This document shows, in pieces, positions 34,245 through 36,662 of a stretch of 36,662 nucleotides of DNA (position 1 is the stretch's first letter; each line of letters begins with the position of its first letter). The notes beneath the pieces were generated by a model that saw only the letters and a program-made list of their open reading frames with translations, had not been told where the DNA came from and ran no database searches. The DNA comes from a virus (Duplodnaviria > Caudoviricetes). A program made the position numbers and the translations under genes. The DNA is taken from positions 1-36,662 of IMG/VR virus record IMGVR_UViG_3300020137_000036; one strand, written 5' to 3'.

Positions 34245-34643
34245 ATGGATGAGACATACCCGCGACGGGTCGCGGACCAACTCGTGGTCGAGATCAAGGC
34301 CGCGATGGCTCGCTCTGGCATCAGGTCGTCGCGTGCTCTGGCTCGCGAGATCGGGGAGACGTCGCAGTACGTGTCGATGCGGCTCGACGGCGGCAACCCC
34401 CGCACGGGCGAGCGTGTCCCGTTGAACGTGCGGGACCTCGCGGCGATCGCGCAGGCGCTCGAGCTCGCCCCGCACGAGCTGGTGCGGCGGGCGGAGATCG
34501 CGCTGCGCGGCGGCGCGGTGGTTGCGTTCCCCACCCGGGACGACGAGATCGATGCGCTGCTCACGCTCAACCCGGCGGCGTCGGAGCCCGATGGTGATGA
34601 GGACCCCGATGCCGAGATCGAGGCGCAGCAGATCGAGCCGTGA
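34245..34643 (+). CDS. Immunity repressor (XRE HTH, ImmR-like)
   Basis: SSRALAREIGETSQYVSMRLDG HTH; acidic C-tail; heads the repressor-peptidase-integrase arm. Confidence 0.85.
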   Translation: MDETYPRRVADQLVVEIKAAMARSGIRSSRALAREIGETSQYVSMRLDGGNPRTGERVPLNVRDLAAIAQALELAPHELVRRAEIALRGGAVVAFPTRDDEIDALLTLNPAASEPDGDEDPDAEIEAQQIEP

Positions 34644-34653
34644 GGGGAGCGGC

Positions 34654-35040
34654 GTGGACGACATGCTCGAGGTGGCGCATGCGCGCGGTGTCCGGGTCGC
34701 GTGGCGCGACCTGGGCCGGCGCAACGGCGAGTACCACTCGACCGGGCTGATCCTCCTCAACCCGAGGCGCTCCGAGTCCGTGCAGCGGGTGACCCTCGCG
34801 CACGAGCTCGGGCACGCGCACTACGGGCACGGCTGGACCGATGACCGCAGACTCCGCGAGCGCTACGAGCGCCTGGCGGACGAGCACGCCGCGCGGCTGC
34901 TGATCCGCGCGAGCGAGTACGCGATCGCGGAGTCCGTCGTCGGGCCGCACGTCGGTGCGATCGCCCGTGAGCTCGGCGTCACCACGAAGATCGTCGAGGC
35001 GTGGCAGCGCGTCGTCGACCGGACACGGAGGACCGCATGA
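34654..35040 (+). CDS. ImmA/IrrE-family metallopeptidase (anti-repressor)
   Basis: QRVTLAHELGHAHYGH (HExxH), E..AD..AARLLI, IARELGVT. Confidence 0.92.
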   Translation: MDDMLEVAHARGVRVAWRDLGRRNGEYHSTGLILLNPRRSESVQRVTLAHELGHAHYGHGWTDDRRLRERYERLADEHAARLLIRASEYAIAESVVGPHVGAIARELGVTTKIVEAWQRVVDRTRRTA

Positions 35041-35441
35041 GTACTGAGTCGGCTCCCTACGGCGAGAACCCTCACCCCCCGGCTGACCCCGCCACGAAGG
35101 GGTGCGGGTCAGGGTGTCTGTGGCTCGTGGGCACGTTCGCCGCACTGATGGTGATCGGCGTCATCGTGGGCCTCGTCGGTGGTGGTGGCGACGATGAGCC
35201 AAGTGAGCCCACCGCGTTCGAGGCGGAGCTGCAGTGTCAGGAGTGGGTCCGCGCGAAGCTCAAGGCTCCGAGCACGGCGAAGTTCTCCGAGACGTCCAGC
35301 AGAGGCGGGCCCGTGTCGTGGACCGTGCAGGGGTACGTCGATGCGGAGAACTCCTTCGGAGCGATGCTGCGCAGCTCGTGGACCTGCTCGATCCGGATCG
35401 ACGGCGACATGTGGCGGGGGTCGACGCAAGTCAGCCAGTAG
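35037..35441 (+). CDS. Single-TM membrane protein with an extracytoplasmic domain
   Basis: ATGA overlap; TM helix; CQEWVRAKLKAPSTAKF...VDAENSFGAMLRSSWTC. Confidence 0.8.
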   Translation: MSTESAPYGENPHPPADPATKGCGSGCLWLVGTFAALMVIGVIVGLVGGGGDDEPSEPTAFEAELQCQEWVRAKLKAPSTAKFSETSSRGGPVSWTVQGYVDAENSFGAMLRSSWTCSIRIDGDMWRGSTQVSQ

Positions 35442-35507
35442 CGGCGCGCACAAGGCCTGCGGGCTGTGGTGGCGGGTACAAGGCTTTCACGCGGAGGGTG
35501 GTAGGGC

Positions 35508-36662
35508 GTGGCGTACGTCGAGGACCGGTGGACGGTGCCCGGTCCGAACGGTCGTCGGGTGCGCGGGCCCCGGCACGGCTCCGGGTCCCGGTGGCGGGCC
35601 GTGTGGGAGGAGCCGGGTGGGCAGCGCCGGCGGAAGTCGTTCGCGACGAAGGACGCGGCGCAGGCGTACCTCGAGCACATCGCCGTCGAGATGCGGTCGG
35701 GCTCGTACGTGTCGCCTGCCGCGGCCGCGACGCCGTTCCGGGTCGCGGCGGAGCGCTGGTACGAGGCGCAGACGCATCAGCGGGCGACGACGCGGCGGCT
35801 GATCCGGTCACGCCTGGACCGGACGATCCTGCCGGTGCTCGGTGACGTCGCGATCGGGAGCCTGACCCGTGCGACCGTGCAGGCGGCGGTCACGCGGTGG
35901 GCGGAGACGATGGCGGCCGCGACGGTGCGGGTCACGTACGTGTACGTCGCGGGGATCTGCGCGCTGGCGGTCGAGGACCGGCTGATCGCGACGACTCCGT
36001 GCCGGCGTGTGAACTTGCCGCCGATCGAGCGGCCGCTCATCACGCCGATGACGGTTGAGCAGGTGCAGCAGATCGTCGACGGCGCGCCCGAGCGGCACCG
36101 GCCGATGCTCGTGCTCGCCGCGGCGTCGGGGCTGCGGTCCGGCGAGCTGCGGGGGCTGACGTGGGACCGGGTCACGGACAACGCGGACGGGACCGCCGTG
36201 CTCCTCGTCGACCGGCAGCTCACCAGGGCCGCGTCAGCCAGCCGACCGGTGTGGGGACCGCTCAAGACCCGGTACAGCGTCCGGAAGGTCTCGATCGGGG
36301 CAGCGACCCGGGCGGCGCTCGGAGAGCGCGGCGCCGGGCTCGTGTTCACGACGAGCAAGGGCGGGGCGATCACGGCCCACGTCGCATGGGCTATCTGGCG
36401 GCGCGGCGCGGACACGCTGGCGCCCGGGAGCGCCGACCTGATCGGCAGGCCGGGAGGGGACGGGTGGCACGACCTGCGTCACTTCCACGCCTCGCTGCTG
36501 ATCCGTGGGGGAGCGTCGCCCGTCGCGGTAGCGCACCGGCTCGGGCACAAGGACGCGAACGAGACGCTGCGGACCTACGGGCACCTCTGGGGAGACGACG
36601 AGCAGCGGATGCGGGACGCGTCGGACGGGCTCGTCATCGCGCGCCGCGACGGTGTCTCGTAG
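35508..36662 (+). CDS. int: Tyrosine integrase
   Basis: Arm-binding N-terminus (WRAVW...RRKSF); catalytic R (GLRSGE), K (LKT), HDLRH, LGH, Y (TLRTYGH). Confidence 0.97.
   Translation: MAYVEDRWTVPGPNGRRVRGPRHGSGSRWRAVWEEPGGQRRRKSFATKDAAQAYLEHIAVEMRSGSYVSPAAAATPFRVAAERWYEAQTHQRATTRRLIRSRLDRTILPVLGDVAIGSLTRATVQAAVTRWAETMAAATVRVTYVYVAGICALAVEDRLIATTPCRRVNLPPIERPLITPMTVEQVQQIVDGAPERHRPMLVLAAASGLRSGELRGLTWDRVTDNADGTAVLLVDRQLTRAASASRPVWGPLKTRYSVRKVSIGAATRAALGERGAGLVFTTSKGGAITAHVAWAIWRRGADTLAPGSADLIGRPGGDGWHDLRHFHASLLIRGGASPVAVAHRLGHKDANETLRTYGHLWGDDEQRMRDASDGLVIARRDGVS

Larger units (their letters stand above)
1..36662. mobile_element. Temperate HK97-like siphovirus prophage of an actinobacterium (att sites not in window)
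   Basis: Ordered modules for integration/immunity, early genes and replication, packaging, head, tail and lysis; high GC; tight gene coupling. Confidence 0.96.

Noticed and set aside
34245-34643. Integration-dependent immunity (attP inside the repressor, ssrA-like tag)
   Set aside because: Repressor ends in QQIEP, is separated from int by two genes, and has an ImmA-type protease partner instead
919-34643. Longest-ORF starts in the supplied track (e.g. 1530, 2536, 5877, 9601, 13687, 16325, 18072, 32943, 34125)
   Set aside because: They extend deep into neighbouring genes; shorter starts with 4-bp/1-bp overlaps, RBS or promoter geometry fit better
35442-36662. attP/attL/attR core or tRNA target
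   Set aside because: Window ends at the integrase stop; no tRNA-like sequence or terminal direct repeat seen; the ACAAGGC pair at 35450 and 35478 is too short to call

Overview
The window is a near-complete temperate siphovirus (prophage) from a high-GC actinobacterium. The host is inferred to be non-mycolata and Micrococcales/Cellulomonas-like, because there is no LysB and the phage encodes an LAxTG sorting signal. It runs from an HTH gene at the lysis end to the stop codon of a tyrosine integrase, and no att sites are visible. Almost everything from 649 to 34158 is one minus-strand, translationally coupled gene train. In reading order it contains Cro-like, Xis-like, hypotheticals, a sortase-type surface protein, HTH, ParB-WhiB-ParB, beta-clamp-like, VRR-NUC, a Rep-HNH fusion with internal iterons, a late regulator, HNH, a cos-like region, TerS/TerL, portal, protease, HK97 capsid, neck/tail genes, a -1 frameshifted chaperone, tape measure, tail tip/fibres and a lysis cassette. 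The plus-strand immunity arm holds a repressor, an ImmA/IrrE-type metallopeptidase, a membrane protein and the integrase. The most notable points are: (1) an LAATG cell-wall-anchored protein in the early operon; (2) a Rep initiator fused to an intact HNH domain and carrying palindromic 12-bp iterons; (3) two orphan ParB/CTPase-fold genes flanking whiB; (4) a pR'/tR'-like late switch that shares a 10-mer with the immunity region; (5) mirror-image leaderless promoters at the genetic switch; (6) coupled micro-ORFs. Many start codons were re-called from RTGA/TGATG overlaps rather than from the supplied longest ORFs. All functional calls come from reading motifs; no database searches were run.
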